From an uncultured Planctomycetia bacterium (GTDB lineage Bacteria; Omnitrophota; Gorgyraeia; 2-02-FULL-51-18), in contig CAYODQ010000003.1 in assembly GCA_964402785.1 (NCBI GenBank), forward strand, positions 9,034-73,033: a stretch of DNA of 64,000 bases. The letters run 5' to 3'. How positions within the stretch are numbered: position 1 is the stretch's first letter; every line of letters begins with the position of its first letter. The position numbers and the translations under genes were made by a program. This document shows positions 46,217-60,177 of this stretch, in pieces. The notes beneath the pieces are model-generated. The model searched no databases, was not told where the DNA came from, and saw nothing but the letters and a program-made list of their open reading frames with translations.

Positions 46217-47512
46217 TTATTTGAGCTTGGAGTGAGTCCCGTCACAAAAAGGTTTATTGGCGGACTCTTTGCAACCGCACCAGGCCACTTTTTTGTCGGC
46301 GTCGATCTTGGTGCGCATCGGCGTCTTGCCGGTATTGAGCCTGGCATGGGCGCCGTCACAAAATGGCTGCTTGGCGGACTCGCCACATGAGCACCAGGCA
46401 TAGTCCCCGGCTTTCATATCCATCACAAAAGGTTTGTTTTGTTTCGTGCTCATGGTCGTCTCTCCTTGGGTTTTATTACTTTTGACCTGGCCTATCAGCG
46501 GCTTGACCATATCGATACACCGCTCGACCAAACCGTGAACATCATTCTTCAGATCCTCGCTCTCGAGAACCGTTTTAATATTGGTTTCCATATCTTCCGC
46601 AGCCCATCCTCGGCTATACCCCACAAATGAGTGCGACGGAAAAATGAATCCGATCTCCGTAAAGAAAGTCATCATCTGTCCGGCGACAGCTTGAATATTG
46701 TCCTGCCCTCCGGTGATGAGAAAACCCGCGACTTTGTTGTGGATGAGTGTGTTGTTGGCGATCGTCTCCTGATTCTGAATACAATTCATACGCTCGACCA
46801 TCTTGTAATACAGCGAGCTCGCCGCACCCCAGCGTATCGGCGTCGACACCAAGACCACATCCGCCCAGAACACCAGAGCTTCGTACACCCGATCCAATTC
46901 ATCCGTGGCATCCATCTGAGTGATGGTGCAAGGCCATGTGCAAGCCTCGGCACTGCGAGAATAATAGCCTTCACATGCGCGAAACTTAAGATCATTGAGC
47001 TTGATGAGTTTGGTCTCAGCGCCTGACTGTTGCGCTTTTTTGAGTGCTTCTTCCAGGACAGCGTCGGAGGTCGAGATGCGCGGGTTATTTTTATTCATCA
47101 CCGTCGTTGAAATACCCACGACACGCACAGGACCCGGAGCGCGCTCGATCTTACGAGTAAGGGGATGTGCTTTGTGCTCGGCGTGTTTATCCTGGGTCAC
47201 CGGTGCCGGATCGATAAAAAGCTCGCCGTTTTCTTCTTTGAGCGCAAAGCTTGCCACCTGCGCTGGTATGCCGGGGCGCGCCTTGCCGGACTGACAATCA
47301 AACATCCACTGATGCCAGGGACAGACGATGTAACCGTCTTTATCGATCGTACCTTGTCCTAGCGGCCCGCCGATGTGCAGGCATGTGCCGGACACGGCCC
47401 CAAATTTGCCATCGCGATAAGAAAGCGCTATCGTTTTGCCCTGCACGCTGACTTCTTGGAGTTCTTTTTTCTTAAGTTCTGAAACTTTTCCCAACGAGAC
47501 CCAAGCGGACAT
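46217..47512 (-). CDS. Rieske [2Fe-2S] + flavodoxin-like FMN reductase + tandem CDGSH fusion
   Basis: CLH..CPWH; CEG...CTWPC, STPIRWG; WCSCG..PFCDGAH and WCGCK..PFCDGTH. Confidence 0.9.
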   Translation of the reverse strand: MSAWVSLGKVSELKKKELQEVSVQGKTIALSYRDGKFGAVSGTCLHIGGPLGQGTIDKDGYIVCPWHQWMFDCQSGKARPGIPAQVASFALKEENGELFIDPAPVTQDKHAEHKAHPLTRKIERAPGPVRVVGISTTVMNKNNPRISTSDAVLEEALKKAQQSGAETKLIKLNDLKFRACEGYYSRSAEACTWPCTITQMDATDELDRVYEALVFWADVVLVSTPIRWGAASSLYYKMVERMNCIQNQETIANNTLIHNKVAGFLITGGQDNIQAVAGQMMTFFTEIGFIFPSHSFVGYSRGWAAEDMETNIKTVLESEDLKNDVHGLVERCIDMVKPLIGQVKSNKTQGETTMSTKQNKPFVMDMKAGDYAWCSCGESAKQPFCDGAHARLNTGKTPMRTKIDADKKVAWCGCKESANKPFCDGTHSKLK

Positions 47513-47521
47513 AAAACCTCT

Positions 47522-49765
47522 TTATCTTCGAACGGTTTCTTTGAGACGCATCGACAATGATATGCGACGGCGCATTTTGTCGATCTCCAGCACTTTCACT
47601 TTTACGATCTGTCCCGTCTTGACGACAGAACGGGGATCTTGCACGAAGTCATTGGAGATCTGGGAGATGTGCACAAGGCCATCCTGATGCACGCCGATAT
47701 CAACAAAGGCACCAAAGTTAGCAACATTGGTGATGACCCCCTCAAGGATAAGCCCGGGCGTCAGATGCCCCATCTCAGTCACCTTGGCATCGAACACCGC
47801 GGTCTTGAACTCCGGCCTCGGGTCACGGCCAGGTTTGTCGAGCTCATTTAAAATATCACTCACGGTGATCGCGCCGAAGTTTTCATCCGCAACATCTTCG
47901 GGCTTGATCTGCTTTAGAATGTCGCTGTTTCCAAGAAGAGTGGCCAGGTCGATGCCCACTCGATCGAGAATCCTTTGCACCACCGGATATGACTCCGGAT
48001 GTACCGCCGAGCGGTCGAGAGGGTTGTCCCCGTTTTGGATACGCAAGAAGCCCGCCGCCTGCTCAAATGTCTTGGGGCCAAAACCGCTTATCTTTTTAAA
48101 TTCATCGCGCGTTTTGATGGCGCCATTTTTATTGCGATACTCGACGATGCTGTCGGCTGTTTGTTTATTGAGGCCGGCCACATAAGATAAAAGTGCAGGT
48201 GATGCGGTGTTCACCTCTACGCCCACGGCGTTGACGCAATCTTCGACGACGTTCTTCAGCATTTTTTCGAGACGGAATTGATTCACGTCGTGCTGATACT
48301 GCCCCACACCGATGGCCTTGGGCTCTATTTTCACAAGCTCCGCCAGCGGATCCTGCAGACGACGCGCGATGGAGACGGCGCCGCGCAGTGTCACATCCAA
48401 TGTCGGCAATTCTTTAGAAGCAAGCTCGGATGCCGAGTACACGGAGGCACCCGCCTCGGAGACGACGACTTTTTGAGATTTGAGATCCGGGAGAGCTTTG
48501 AGGAGATCCTGCACCATGCTCTCAGTTTCGCGAGAAGCAGTGCCATTGCCGATAGCGATAAACTCGATATTGTGTTTCACGATAAGATTGCGAATAATTT
48601 TCATCGCACCAATGCGGTCTTCTTGCGGCGGATGAGGATAGATGACCGCACATTCAAGAACTTTGCCGGTTTTGTCCACACAAGCTACTTTCACTCCAGT
48701 ACGAAGCCCTGGATCCAGGCCCATCACCGCTTTTCCTCCAGCGGGAGCCGCCAAAAGAATTTCTTTTAAATTCTCGGCAAAAACTTTGATCGCCTCTTCT
48801 TCGGCATTTTTCTTAAGGCGCATCATGACATCGATTTCAAGACTCACCCGAATTTTGTATTTCCAGGCGTATTTGACAGCTTCGAGTATCCATCGGTCCG
48901 CGGCGCGGCCGCCAAAACGGATACTGAATTTTTTAAGGATGGCCTCGAGATATTCGGAGTCCTGATCTTTGTTATCGGTATAACCAACCAGCCCATTGGT
49001 TTCCAGTCGCGTTGTAAGCACATTTTCGGCGCGCCCGCGCATGATCGCCAGAAGACGATGCGAAGGTATTTTGACAAACGCCTCTCGATAATCAAAATAA
49101 TCCCTGAATTTTTGTGAGTCTGGATGAAGTGATTTTTCTTCCGAGGCGGCTTTAGAATACAACCAGCCCTCTTTCCAGAATTTCTCTCTCAAAAATCCTA
49201 TCAACTCCGGCTCTTCTGAAAATTTCTCAGCTAAAATATCGCGAGCACCATTTAAAGCTTGATCAAGAGTCGTGATCCCTTTGAGCTCGGAGATATATTT
49301 CTGCGCTTCGGTCATGGGATCGGTCGCCGGTTCTGAGAGCAGTTTGAGAGCGAGAGGCTCAAGCCCTGCTGCACGCGCGGCCTCACCACGAGAGTTGCGC
49401 TTGGGTTTAAAGGGCAAATACAGATCTTCTAGCTGTGCTTTGGTCTCAGCTTTTTCGATGGCTTCTTTCAAAGCCGGTGTCATCTTGCCCTGTTGCTGAA
49501 TGGAATCAAGGATGGTCTTGCGAGACGCCTCAAGTCCGCGAATATACTCGAGCCTGTCCGCCAAAAGCCTCAGATGAGTATCAGAGAGCCCGCCCGTTTG
49601 CTCTTTGCGATAGCGCGCGATGAATGGAACCGTCGCCCCGCTGTCGAGAAGGCGAATCGCCGCCCATACCTGATGCGGCTTTACCGCTAATTCTTTGGCC
49701 AGCGTCTTCTCTATCGGCAGAGAGCCCGCTTCATTGACAACGTTTTCGCTCGTAAGTATCGTCAT
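47522..49765 (-). CDS. tex: Tex RNA-binding transcriptional accessory protein
   Basis: TVPFIARYRKE, DPGLRTG, IGNGTASRE, IGVGQYQHD, C-terminal S1. Confidence 0.96.
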   Translation of the reverse strand: MTILTSENVVNEAGSLPIEKTLAKELAVKPHQVWAAIRLLDSGATVPFIARYRKEQTGGLSDTHLRLLADRLEYIRGLEASRKTILDSIQQQGKMTPALKEAIEKAETKAQLEDLYLPFKPKRNSRGEAARAAGLEPLALKLLSEPATDPMTEAQKYISELKGITTLDQALNGARDILAEKFSEEPELIGFLREKFWKEGWLYSKAASEEKSLHPDSQKFRDYFDYREAFVKIPSHRLLAIMRGRAENVLTTRLETNGLVGYTDNKDQDSEYLEAILKKFSIRFGGRAADRWILEAVKYAWKYKIRVSLEIDVMMRLKKNAEEEAIKVFAENLKEILLAAPAGGKAVMGLDPGLRTGVKVACVDKTGKVLECAVIYPHPPQEDRIGAMKIIRNLIVKHNIEFIAIGNGTASRETESMVQDLLKALPDLKSQKVVVSEAGASVYSASELASKELPTLDVTLRGAVSIARRLQDPLAELVKIEPKAIGVGQYQHDVNQFRLEKMLKNVVEDCVNAVGVEVNTASPALLSYVAGLNKQTADSIVEYRNKNGAIKTRDEFKKISGFGPKTFEQAAGFLRIQNGDNPLDRSAVHPESYPVVQRILDRVGIDLATLLGNSDILKQIKPEDVADENFGAITVSDILNELDKPGRDPRPEFKTAVFDAKVTEMGHLTPGLILEGVITNVANFGAFVDIGVHQDGLVHISQISNDFVQDPRSVVKTGQIVKVKVLEIDKMRRRISLSMRLKETVRR

Positions 49766-49769
49766 AGTG

Positions 49770-49785
49770 TGTGATGTGCATCACA
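49770..49785. promoter_or_regulatory. CRP-consensus palindrome at the tex promoter
   Basis: TGTGA-tgtgca-TCACA between the minus-strand TATAAT (49785-49790) and the tex ATG. Confidence 0.5.
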
Positions 49786-49856
49786 TTATAGCAAACGTCT
49801 TTGCGCGATACTGCAAATAGATCTTCTTTGAGCTAAAAATTTGAGGAGGATGTTTT

Positions 49857-52052
49857 ATGAACGGCCAGGAAACCCAAGAACAACAACCTGTCGAAGCCTT
49901 GAAGCGCTACGGACGCGATCTCACGGAGCTAGCGCGCACCGGCAAACTCGATCCTGTCATCGGACGCGACGAAGAGATACGGCGCACGATCCAGGTGCTT
50001 TCACGTCGTACAAAAAATAATCCTGTCCTTATCGGCGAACCCGGTACCGGCAAGACCGCCATCCTCGAGGGTCTGGCCAAACGCATCGTGGACGGCGATG
50101 TGCCCAGCGCTCTCAAAGACAAACGCATCGTGGCCCTCGACCTCGGCGCTCTTGTCGCCGGAGCCAAATACCGCGGTGAGTTCGAGGAGCGCCTCAAAGC
50201 CGTGCTCAAGGAGATCACAGAGAAATCGGGCGAGATCATCCTCTTTATCGACGAGCTGCACACGCTGGTTGGAGCCGGCGCCGCTGAGGGTGCGGTGGGC
50301 GCCGCTGATCTTTTGAAACCCCCTCTAGCTCGCGGTGAGCTCAAGTGCGTGGGAGCCACCACTCTCGATGAATACCGCAAATACATCGAGAAAGACAAAG
50401 CGCTCGAGAGGCGTTTTCAGCAAGTCATGGTCGGAGAGCCAAGTATCCAGGATACAATCGCCATCTTGCGCGGCCTCAAAGAAAAATACGAGATATTCCA
50501 TGGCGTGCGCATCAAGGACAGCGCTCTCATCAGCGCCGCCATCCTGTCCGACCGCTACATCACAGCAAGATTTTTACCCGATAAAGCCATCGATCTTATC
50601 GATGAGGCTACGTCCAAACTCCGCATCGAGATCGACAGTCTCCCCACCGAAATAGATGAGCTCGACCGCAAGATCCTGCAAATGGAGATCGAACGGCAGG
50701 CTCTGGCCAAAGAAAAGGATGAGGCTTCAAGAGAGCGTCTCAAGAAACTGGACGAAGAGCTGAGCTCATCCCGCGAGAAGTCGAAACAAATGAAGGTGCA
50801 CTGGAAAGGAGAAAAAGAGGTCATCGACCGCATCCGCAAGATCAAAGGCGATATCGAGAAGGCCAAGTCGGATGAAGAGCGTTACGAAAAAATGGGCAAG
50901 CTCGAAAAAGTCGCCGAGATCCGCTATGGGGTCATGAAGAATCTCGAGAAGGAGCTCGAGAAAGAGAACAAGAACCTGCAAGAGCTGCAAAAAAAAGGAA
51001 AAATGCTAAAAGAAGAAGTGGATGAGGAAGATATCGCTGAAGTCGTCTCCAAATGGACCGGCATCCCTGTCTCAAAGCTCATGGAGGGTGAAGTCGACAA
51101 GCTGGTCCACATGGAGGAGAAGCTGAAGGAACGTGTTGTGGGTCAGGATGAGGCCGTCTCTCTTATCGCCAACGCTGTACGGCGCTCACGCTCCGGCCTC
51201 TCTGACCCCAACCGCCCCATCGGCTCTTTTATCTTCCTGGGGCCCACGGGCATCGGCAAAACCTATCTCACCAAGACACTCGCTTGGTTCTTATTCGACG
51301 ATGAGTCCACCATGGTGCGCATTGATATGTCGGAGTACATGGAAAAACACTCCGTGGCTCGCCTCATTGGCGCTCCTCCGGGATATGTGGGTTTCGAGGA
51401 AGGCGGACAGCTCACAGAAAAGATCCGTCGGCGTCCCTATGCCGTCATCCTTTTTGATGAGATCGAGAAAGCGCATCCGGATTGCTTCAACATCCTCCTG
51501 CAGATATTGGAAGATGGCCGGCTCACCGACGGTCAGGGGCGCGTAGTCAATTTTAAGAATACACTCGTCATCCTCACTTCGAACATCGGGAGTCATTTGT
51601 TCCAGACCGAGGGCGGGGACTTTTCGAAGATCAAAGCTCAGGTCTTGGACGAGACGAAGAAATATTTCAAGCCGGAGCTTCTCAATCGCGTGGATGAGAT
51701 CATCGTATTCAATAAATTGACCCAAAAAGACATCACGCGCATCGTGGACTTGGGATTGGCTGATCTCAAGAAAAAGCTTCAGGAAAAGAATATCAGCCTC
51801 GAAGTCGACTCTGCCGCTCAAGAGAAATTGGCGCGTGATGGCTACAGTCCCGAATATGGCGCAAGACCTCTGAGGCGGCTACTGCAGAGACAGATACAGG
51901 ATCCGCTGGCGTTGGATCTGCTGAAAGGTGCATACAAAGAGGGCGATCATGTGCGAGTCAGCGTGGACCCAAAGTCCGACGGCTTTATTTTCCGCTCTGA
52001 GCCGCGTGAGAACCCGACACAAAACCGGACGCCCAAGCCCAAGCGAGGTTGA
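49857..52052 (+). CDS. clpB: ClpB disaggregase lacking the N-terminal domain
   Basis: [11 protein letters not shown], two Walker A motifs, M-domain coiled coil, RIDMSEY, GARPL; GAGGAGG RBS. Confidence 0.9.
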   Translation: MNGQETQEQQPVEALKRYGRDLTELARTGKLDPVIGRDEEIRRTIQVLSRRTKNNPVLIGEPGTGKTAILEGLAKRIVDGDVPSALKDKRIVALDLGALVAGAKYRGEFEERLKAVLKEITEKSGEIILFIDELHTLVGAGAAEGAVGAADLLKPPLARGELKCVGATTLDEYRKYIEKDKALERRFQQVMVGEPSIQDTIAILRGLKEKYEIFHGVRIKDSALISAAILSDRYITARFLPDKAIDLIDEATSKLRIEIDSLPTEIDELDRKILQMEIERQALAKEKDEASRERLKKLDEELSSSREKSKQMKVHWKGEKEVIDRIRKIKGDIEKAKSDEERYEKMGKLEKVAEIRYGVMKNLEKELEKENKNLQELQKKGKMLKEEVDEEDIAEVVSKWTGIPVSKLMEGEVDKLVHMEEKLKERVVGQDEAVSLIANAVRRSRSGLSDPNRPIGSFIFLGPTGIGKTYLTKTLAWFLFDDESTMVRIDMSEYMEKHSVARLIGAPPGYVGFEEGGQLTEKIRRRPYAVILFDEIEKAHPDCFNILLQILEDGRLTDGQGRVVNFKNTLVILTSNIGSHLFQTEGGDFSKIKAQVLDETKKYFKPELLNRVDEIIVFNKLTQKDITRIVDLGLADLKKKLQEKNISLEVDSAAQEKLARDGYSPEYGARPLRRLLQRQIQDPLALDLLKGAYKEGDHVRVSVDPKSDGFIFRSEPRENPTQNRTPKPKRG

Positions 52053-53208
52053 ACCCTCCTCGCTTGCCGTCTACATCCAAGATCTCGCCGGCCAAATAAA
52101 GTCCCGGGCATTTTTTGGACTCCAGCGTCTTGTCATCGACTTCTTTTTGACGGATGCCCCCGGCGGTGAACTCCGCATCGCTCCAGCCTTTGGTGGCCGT
52201 GATCCTGAATCGTCTGTTCTTCACATACTCCGCGATCTCGGTGGGATTGCGTGACTTGAGGACATTCTCCAACACAGGAGCGAATTTGGGAGGCAAAAGA
52301 CCGGCCAAGAGCATCTCATTAGGAAAATTGCGTCTCAGCCTCGAAGAGATCTCCTTTTTTAGCTCGTCCTCATGGATGAATGGCAAAAGATCCACGACCA
52401 CGGCTGTGTTCTTTTTGTGCTCGCGGTGGATAGCGATAGCTAGTTCATCACTCGAGTCGAATATCGCAAGTCCCGACAGCCCATAGTCCGTGAATAAAAG
52501 ATCATGCTCGAGCGGCGGGCCCATCTTGCCGTCTATCTCCCATCGCACGGTGGCGACTATCTTCTGCCCGGTCAACTGCTTGCACCAGGGGTCCTCACAC
52601 AAAAGCGGCACGGTACTGGGCACGGGCTCCGTGAGCGTGTGGCCGAACTGTATCGCGAGTTCATAAGCCGTGCCATCCGTGCCGTATATCGGATACGATT
52701 TTCCGCCGGCGGCGAGAATGACTTTTTTGGCTGTGACAGGGGCAAAACCATCGCCCTTGAACTCGATCTCAAAACCTTGCGAGGCTTTTCTGATGGACTT
52801 TACTTCACAGCCGGTACGGATCTCAACGCCCAGTCTGGACAGCTCTAACTCCAAGACATCTATCACGGACGCCGACTGATTGGTGATAGGGAATACTCTG
52901 CCCTCTTTGTCGGAATATAAACGAAGGCCAAGTTCCTTGAAAAATTTAAGGATATCCAGCCGCCCAAATTGCGCGAAAACAGATTCTACGATGGCCTTGG
53001 CGTCTTTATTAAAACAAGTGTGATCGAGCTTATCGTTGGTCAAATTGCAGCGGCCATTGCCAGAAATACGCACTTTTTTGGCGATCTTGGGCATCTTTTC
53101 ACACAAAAGCACGCGCGCCTTCTTGCGTGAAGCGCTGATAGCGGCTGTGATACCCGCACCACCCGCTCCGATCACCACCACATCGTATGTATTTTGACGT
53201 TCTGCCAC
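51985..53208 (-). CDS. HI0933/BaiN family flavoprotein
   Basis: [30 protein letters not shown]. Confidence 0.93.
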   Translation of the reverse strand: MAERQNTYDVVVIGAGGAGITAAISASRKKARVLLCEKMPKIAKKVRISGNGRCNLTNDKLDHTCFNKDAKAIVESVFAQFGRLDILKFFKELGLRLYSDKEGRVFPITNQSASVIDVLELELSRLGVEIRTGCEVKSIRKASQGFEIEFKGDGFAPVTAKKVILAAGGKSYPIYGTDGTAYELAIQFGHTLTEPVPSTVPLLCEDPWCKQLTGQKIVATVRWEIDGKMGPPLEHDLLFTDYGLSGLAIFDSSDELAIAIHREHKKNTAVVVDLLPFIHEDELKKEISSRLRRNFPNEMLLAGLLPPKFAPVLENVLKSRNPTEIAEYVKNRRFRITATKGWSDAEFTAGGIRQKEVDDKTLESKKCPGLYLAGEILDVDGKRGGFNLAWAWASGFVSGSHAAQSGK

Positions 53209-53304
53209 CTAATTTAGCCCCCAAAACTCTATTTAGCTCATTCTAGCAGGTTAGTGATATAATGCGCGCCTGTTAATTAACGAAACTTGAACCCGGGAGA
53301 CAGC

Positions 53305-53442
53305 ATGAAAGCTCAGACATTTAACCGCGCCGAGCGCAAAACCACCAAGATCGGCAAAGCAGAAAAAGTCCGCAATGCCCTTGTAAAAGATAAAACGCGC
53401 TTGGCCAATAGCCAGAAAAAAGAAAAAGTCGCCACTGCTTAG
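53305..53442 (+). CDS. Small basic protein (45 aa)
   Basis: MKAQTFNRAERKTTKIGKAEKVRNALVKDKTRLANSQKKEKVATA; extended -10 TGATATAAT, GGGAG RBS, terminator downstream. Confidence 0.65.
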   Translation: MKAQTFNRAERKTTKIGKAEKVRNALVKDKTRLANSQKKEKVATA

Positions 53443-53459
53443 TCTTCAAGAAACGCCAT

Positions 53460-53494
53460 AAAAAAACCCGGCAGGTTGATCCTGCCGGGTTTTT
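53460..53494. terminator. Bidirectional intrinsic terminator
   Basis: A-tract CCCGGCAGG-ttgat-CCTGCCGGG T-tract between the small ORF and the gyrA end. Confidence 0.9.
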
Positions 53495-53519
53495 CTTTTA
53501 ACACTTACTTTTTTATCAG

Positions 53520-56030
53520 TTATTTCTCTTTGGTGGAACTGCTTTCAGGCACTTCCGGCAGATTATCATCATCTTCCGGCTCCACCTTTGCAAGAGCTGT
53601 CACGATGTCATTGGCTTTTTTGAGATTAATAAGCCGTACACCCTGCGCCACACGGCCGGTTTCGCGGATATCTTTGACCGAGGTGCGCACTGACATACCT
53701 TCCTTGGTCATGACCATGAGATCGTCTTTATCGGTGACGCACTTCACGCCCACCACTTCGCCGTTTTTATCGGTGACTTTAATATTGGTGACACCTTTTC
53801 CGCCGCGAGATGTGATGCGATACTCATCTATCTGTGAGCGCTTTCCAAAACCTTTTTCTGTGACGGATAGAAGGGTCGCTTTTTTATCCACGACCTCCAT
53901 ACCCACAACATAATCCTTGGCTTCCAAGTTCACGCCACGAACACCGCCTGCGCTGCGGCCCATGCTCCGCACAAATGATTCGGGGAAGCGGATAGCTTTG
54001 CCTTTGCGGGTCGCGATGAATATTTCAGACTTTCCGTCGGTGAGAGCCGCTTCGATAAGCTCATCTTTCGGATCCAGGCCGATGGCGAGGATGCCGTTAC
54101 GGCGGGTATTCTCAAATGCGGTGAGGTCGCATTTCTTGATCTGACCAAGCTTGGTGGTCATAACCAGGAACTTACCTTCTTCAAACTTGCGCACAGGAAT
54201 ATAAGAAGTGATCTTCTCGCCCTGAGCCAATGACACGAAGTTCGTCACAAATTTACCCTTGGCTTGACGGCTAGCCTGAGGCAAGTCGTACACCTTGATA
54301 CAAAACGCTTTGCCGCGAGAGGTGAACAGCATGAGATTGTCATGTGTGGACGCTACGAAAAGATGCTCCACAAAATCTTCCTCTTGCTGGCCAGATGTTA
54401 CGCCGACACCGCCGCGTTTTTGTTTACGATAAGTAGTCACCGGTAAACGCTTCACATAATTTTGATGACTGATCGTGACGACAACGTCCTCGTCTGCGAT
54501 CAGATCCTCAATATTAAAATCCGTATCCGCATCGCGCGTGATCTCGGTGCGACGAGGATCGCCGTATTTTTCTTTGAGCGCCTTGGTCTCTTCTTTGATG
54601 ATCTCCAATACTTTTTTATCGGATTTGAGGATAGACTCGAGATAGTCGATACGTTTATTGAGCTCTTTATTCTCTTCCTGAAGCTTATGTATTTCCAGAC
54701 CCGTCAGCTTCTGTAGCTGCATTTCCAGGATCGCCTGAGCCTGTTTGTCCGAGAACTCGAACTTCTCGACCAATTGGACTTTGGCTTCTGCTGGATTTTT
54801 GGATGCACGGATCGTCTTGATGATCTTATCGAGAATGTCGACAGCTTTGATCAAACCTTCAACGATATGTTGACGCGCCTTGGCTTTCTCGAGATCGAAT
54901 TTGGTTCTACGAATGATGACTTCTTTGCGGTGCAGGATGTACTGCTCGATGATCTGTTTGAGATTAAGAACCTTGGGACTGCCATCGACCAGCGCCAACA
55001 TGATGATACCGAATGTCGACTGAAGCGCCGTGTGTTTGTACAGTTGATTCAGGATCACCTGCGCATTGGCGTCACGCTTAAGATCGATGACCAAACGCAT
55101 ACCATCTTTATCAGACTCATCCCGAACGTCAGAAATGCCTTCGATCTTTTTATCGTTTACAAGATCCGCGATGTTCTCGATGAGGTTGGACTTATTCACC
55201 TGATAAGGGATCTCGTTGATGACCAGCGCTTGCTTACCGCCCTTGAGCTCTTCGATGTTTATCTTGGCACGTATTTTTACGATCCCGCGACCGGTATTGT
55301 ATGCGGACTTAATGCCCTCGGTGCCGCATATCATGGCGCCCGTCGGAAAATCTGGGCCCTTGACATACTTTAAAAGCTCTTTGATTTCGGTCTCCGGGTT
55401 ATCAATGACCGCCGTGATGGCATCCACCACTTCTCCGAGATTGTGCGGAGGAATATTGGTGGCCATACCAACGGCGATACCGCTCGAACCGTTACAAAGA
55501 AGATTCGGGAGCACGGCCGGTAAAAGTGTCGGCTCCTCGAGAGACTCGTCAAAATTTGGAGCAAAGTTGACCGTGTTTTTGTCAATATCACCCAAGATCT
55601 CGCTGGTGATCGCAGCAAAGCGAGCTTCGGTGTAACGCATGGCGGCTGCATTATCACCGTCCACGGATCCGAAGTTGCCCTGACCGTCGACAAGCGGGTA
55701 TCGAAGAGAAAAATCCTGCACCATACGCACCAGCGTGTCATACACAGCGGTGTCACCATGGGGATGGTATTTACCAAGCACTTCACCGACGATACGAGCA
55801 GATTTTTTGTAGGGACGATTATGCTCCAGACCCAGCTCTTTCATGGCATAAAGGATACGCCGATGCACCGGCTTTAAACCATCACGCACATCGGGCAAAG
55901 CGCGACCGACAATAACACTCATGGCGTAATTTAAATAAGAGTCTTTCATTTCCCTCTCGATCATCACCGGCCTTACTTTTCCGGTGAGAGAAGGATTTGC
56001 TGCTGAAGGTATGGGTTTTTTTTCGGCCAT
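53520..56030 (-). CDS. gyrA: DNA gyrase subunit A
   Basis: [14 protein letters not shown], GyrA box QKRGGVG. Confidence 0.97.
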   Translation of the reverse strand: MAEKKPIPSAANPSLTGKVRPVMIEREMKDSYLNYAMSVIVGRALPDVRDGLKPVHRRILYAMKELGLEHNRPYKKSARIVGEVLGKYHPHGDTAVYDTLVRMVQDFSLRYPLVDGQGNFGSVDGDNAAAMRYTEARFAAITSEILGDIDKNTVNFAPNFDESLEEPTLLPAVLPNLLCNGSSGIAVGMATNIPPHNLGEVVDAITAVIDNPETEIKELLKYVKGPDFPTGAMICGTEGIKSAYNTGRGIVKIRAKINIEELKGGKQALVINEIPYQVNKSNLIENIADLVNDKKIEGISDVRDESDKDGMRLVIDLKRDANAQVILNQLYKHTALQSTFGIIMLALVDGSPKVLNLKQIIEQYILHRKEVIIRRTKFDLEKAKARQHIVEGLIKAVDILDKIIKTIRASKNPAEAKVQLVEKFEFSDKQAQAILEMQLQKLTGLEIHKLQEENKELNKRIDYLESILKSDKKVLEIIKEETKALKEKYGDPRRTEITRDADTDFNIEDLIADEDVVVTISHQNYVKRLPVTTYRKQKRGGVGVTSGQQEEDFVEHLFVASTHDNLMLFTSRGKAFCIKVYDLPQASRQAKGKFVTNFVSLAQGEKITSYIPVRKFEEGKFLVMTTKLGQIKKCDLTAFENTRRNGILAIGLDPKDELIEAALTDGKSEIFIATRKGKAIRFPESFVRSMGRSAGGVRGVNLEAKDYVVGMEVVDKKATLLSVTEKGFGKRSQIDEYRITSRGGKGVTNIKVTDKNGEVVGVKCVTDKDDLMVMTKEGMSVRTSVKDIRETGRVAQGVRLINLKKANDIVTALAKVEPEDDDNLPEVPESSSTKEK

Positions 56031-56032
56031 GA

Positions 56033-58863
<2,831 letters not shown>

Positions 58864-58892
58864 TTCATTTGGTGCTTTTTATCTTCACCGCA

Positions 58893-60008
58893 TCAAGTGA
58901 CTTGCATGGGCAATACGATATAAGTGTAATCATCCCCGCTTTTGATAACGGCCGGCTTCTCTGGATCTATAAAACTAAATCGAACATGCTCTTCTTCCAC
59001 ATTTTTGAGCACATCGATCAAGAAGCCGGGATTAAATCCGATCACAAACTCACCACCCTTATAATCTACTTCCATCTCTTCACGAGCTTCACCCAGATCC
59101 GGCGTGCTTTTAGTGATGATCATCCTGTCTTTAATGATATTGATCTTCACGGATTGCGAATCTTGATTCGTTAAGATACTGGCTCTTCGTGTGGCTTGTA
59201 AAAAATCCTGTGTATTTAAACTCAACTCTTCCTTTGTTTTTTTGGGGACAACCTGTTCATAATTCGGGAATTCGCCCTCTATTAAACGCGATGTAATATT
59301 AATGGCACCCAAATTAATAAGAAGTTGATTATCTTTGAAATAAAAATTTACATCCCCTTCTTCTCCTAAGCTACGGTTCAATTCCTGGATCGTTTTCATC
59401 GGCACGATCATATCTTTTTTAAGAGCACCCAATTCCGGGATATCTTTTTGAATGATCGCCAAACGTCTTCCATCCGTCGCCACCATCTTCAAAGCTTTAT
59501 CTTTAAAACTAAATAGAATCCCGTTCAATATATATCTAGTTTCATCATGACTCATTGCAAATGAAGTAAGCTGGATCATACTCTTTAATTTTTTCTGAGG
59601 GATCTTAATACAATCAATTCCTTTGGAATTGTTGGATGAAGGCACTTCCGGTAATTGAGGGAAATCTTCGCGCGGCAACCCATTTAAACGAAAATAGCTT
59701 TTTCCACACTCAATACTGACGGAATTACTTTTTTTAACCGTGATATGGATAGTTGGAGAAGCTTGTAGTTCTTTTACGATCTCACTAAATTTTCTAGCCG
59801 GGACTGTGATCGAACCTTCTTCAATAACTTCCCCTTCGATTTTAACCGAAACACCTATCTCAAGATCTGTCGCTGTTAACCTAATTTCATTCTTTTTTGC
59901 TTCCACCAATATATGGGAAAGAATGGGTAAACTATTTTTAGAGCTAACCGCATTCTGAACCGTTTGAATTCCTTTGAGCAAACTATCTTTATTGGTATTT
60001 ATCTTCAT
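58893..60008 (-). CDS. dnaN: DNA polymerase III beta clamp
   Basis: ATDLE, VATDGRRL, SRLIEGEFP, GFNP, VLPM. Confidence 0.97.
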   Translation of the reverse strand: MKINTNKDSLLKGIQTVQNAVSSKNSLPILSHILVEAKKNEIRLTATDLEIGVSVKIEGEVIEEGSITVPARKFSEIVKELQASPTIHITVKKSNSVSIECGKSYFRLNGLPREDFPQLPEVPSSNNSKGIDCIKIPQKKLKSMIQLTSFAMSHDETRYILNGILFSFKDKALKMVATDGRRLAIIQKDIPELGALKKDMIVPMKTIQELNRSLGEEGDVNFYFKDNQLLINLGAINITSRLIEGEFPNYEQVVPKKTKEELSLNTQDFLQATRRASILTNQDSQSVKINIIKDRMIITKSTPDLGEAREEMEVDYKGGEFVIGFNPGFLIDVLKNVEEEHVRFSFIDPEKPAVIKSGDDYTYIVLPMQVT

Positions 60009-60017
60009 TATCAACAA

Positions 60018-60177
60018 CCCCTTTTTATCTTTTAAATTAATCTCTCAAGCAAATCAGTTTTAGTCATAGAGCCTGTGTTTACTGTGGATACTTCATAACT
60101 CTTTATTTATCAATACCTTAAAAATCTAATAACCTGTGGATAAGGTTGGGTTTATCCACAGATAGCTGACCTTAAAA
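60018..60177. other. oriC, unwinding half (dnaA-dnaN intergenic)
   Basis: Consensus DnaA boxes 60135-60143 and 60152-60160; tandem boxes 60074-60091, GC cluster, DnaA-trio-like 60057-60068, AT-rich tract. Confidence 0.88.
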
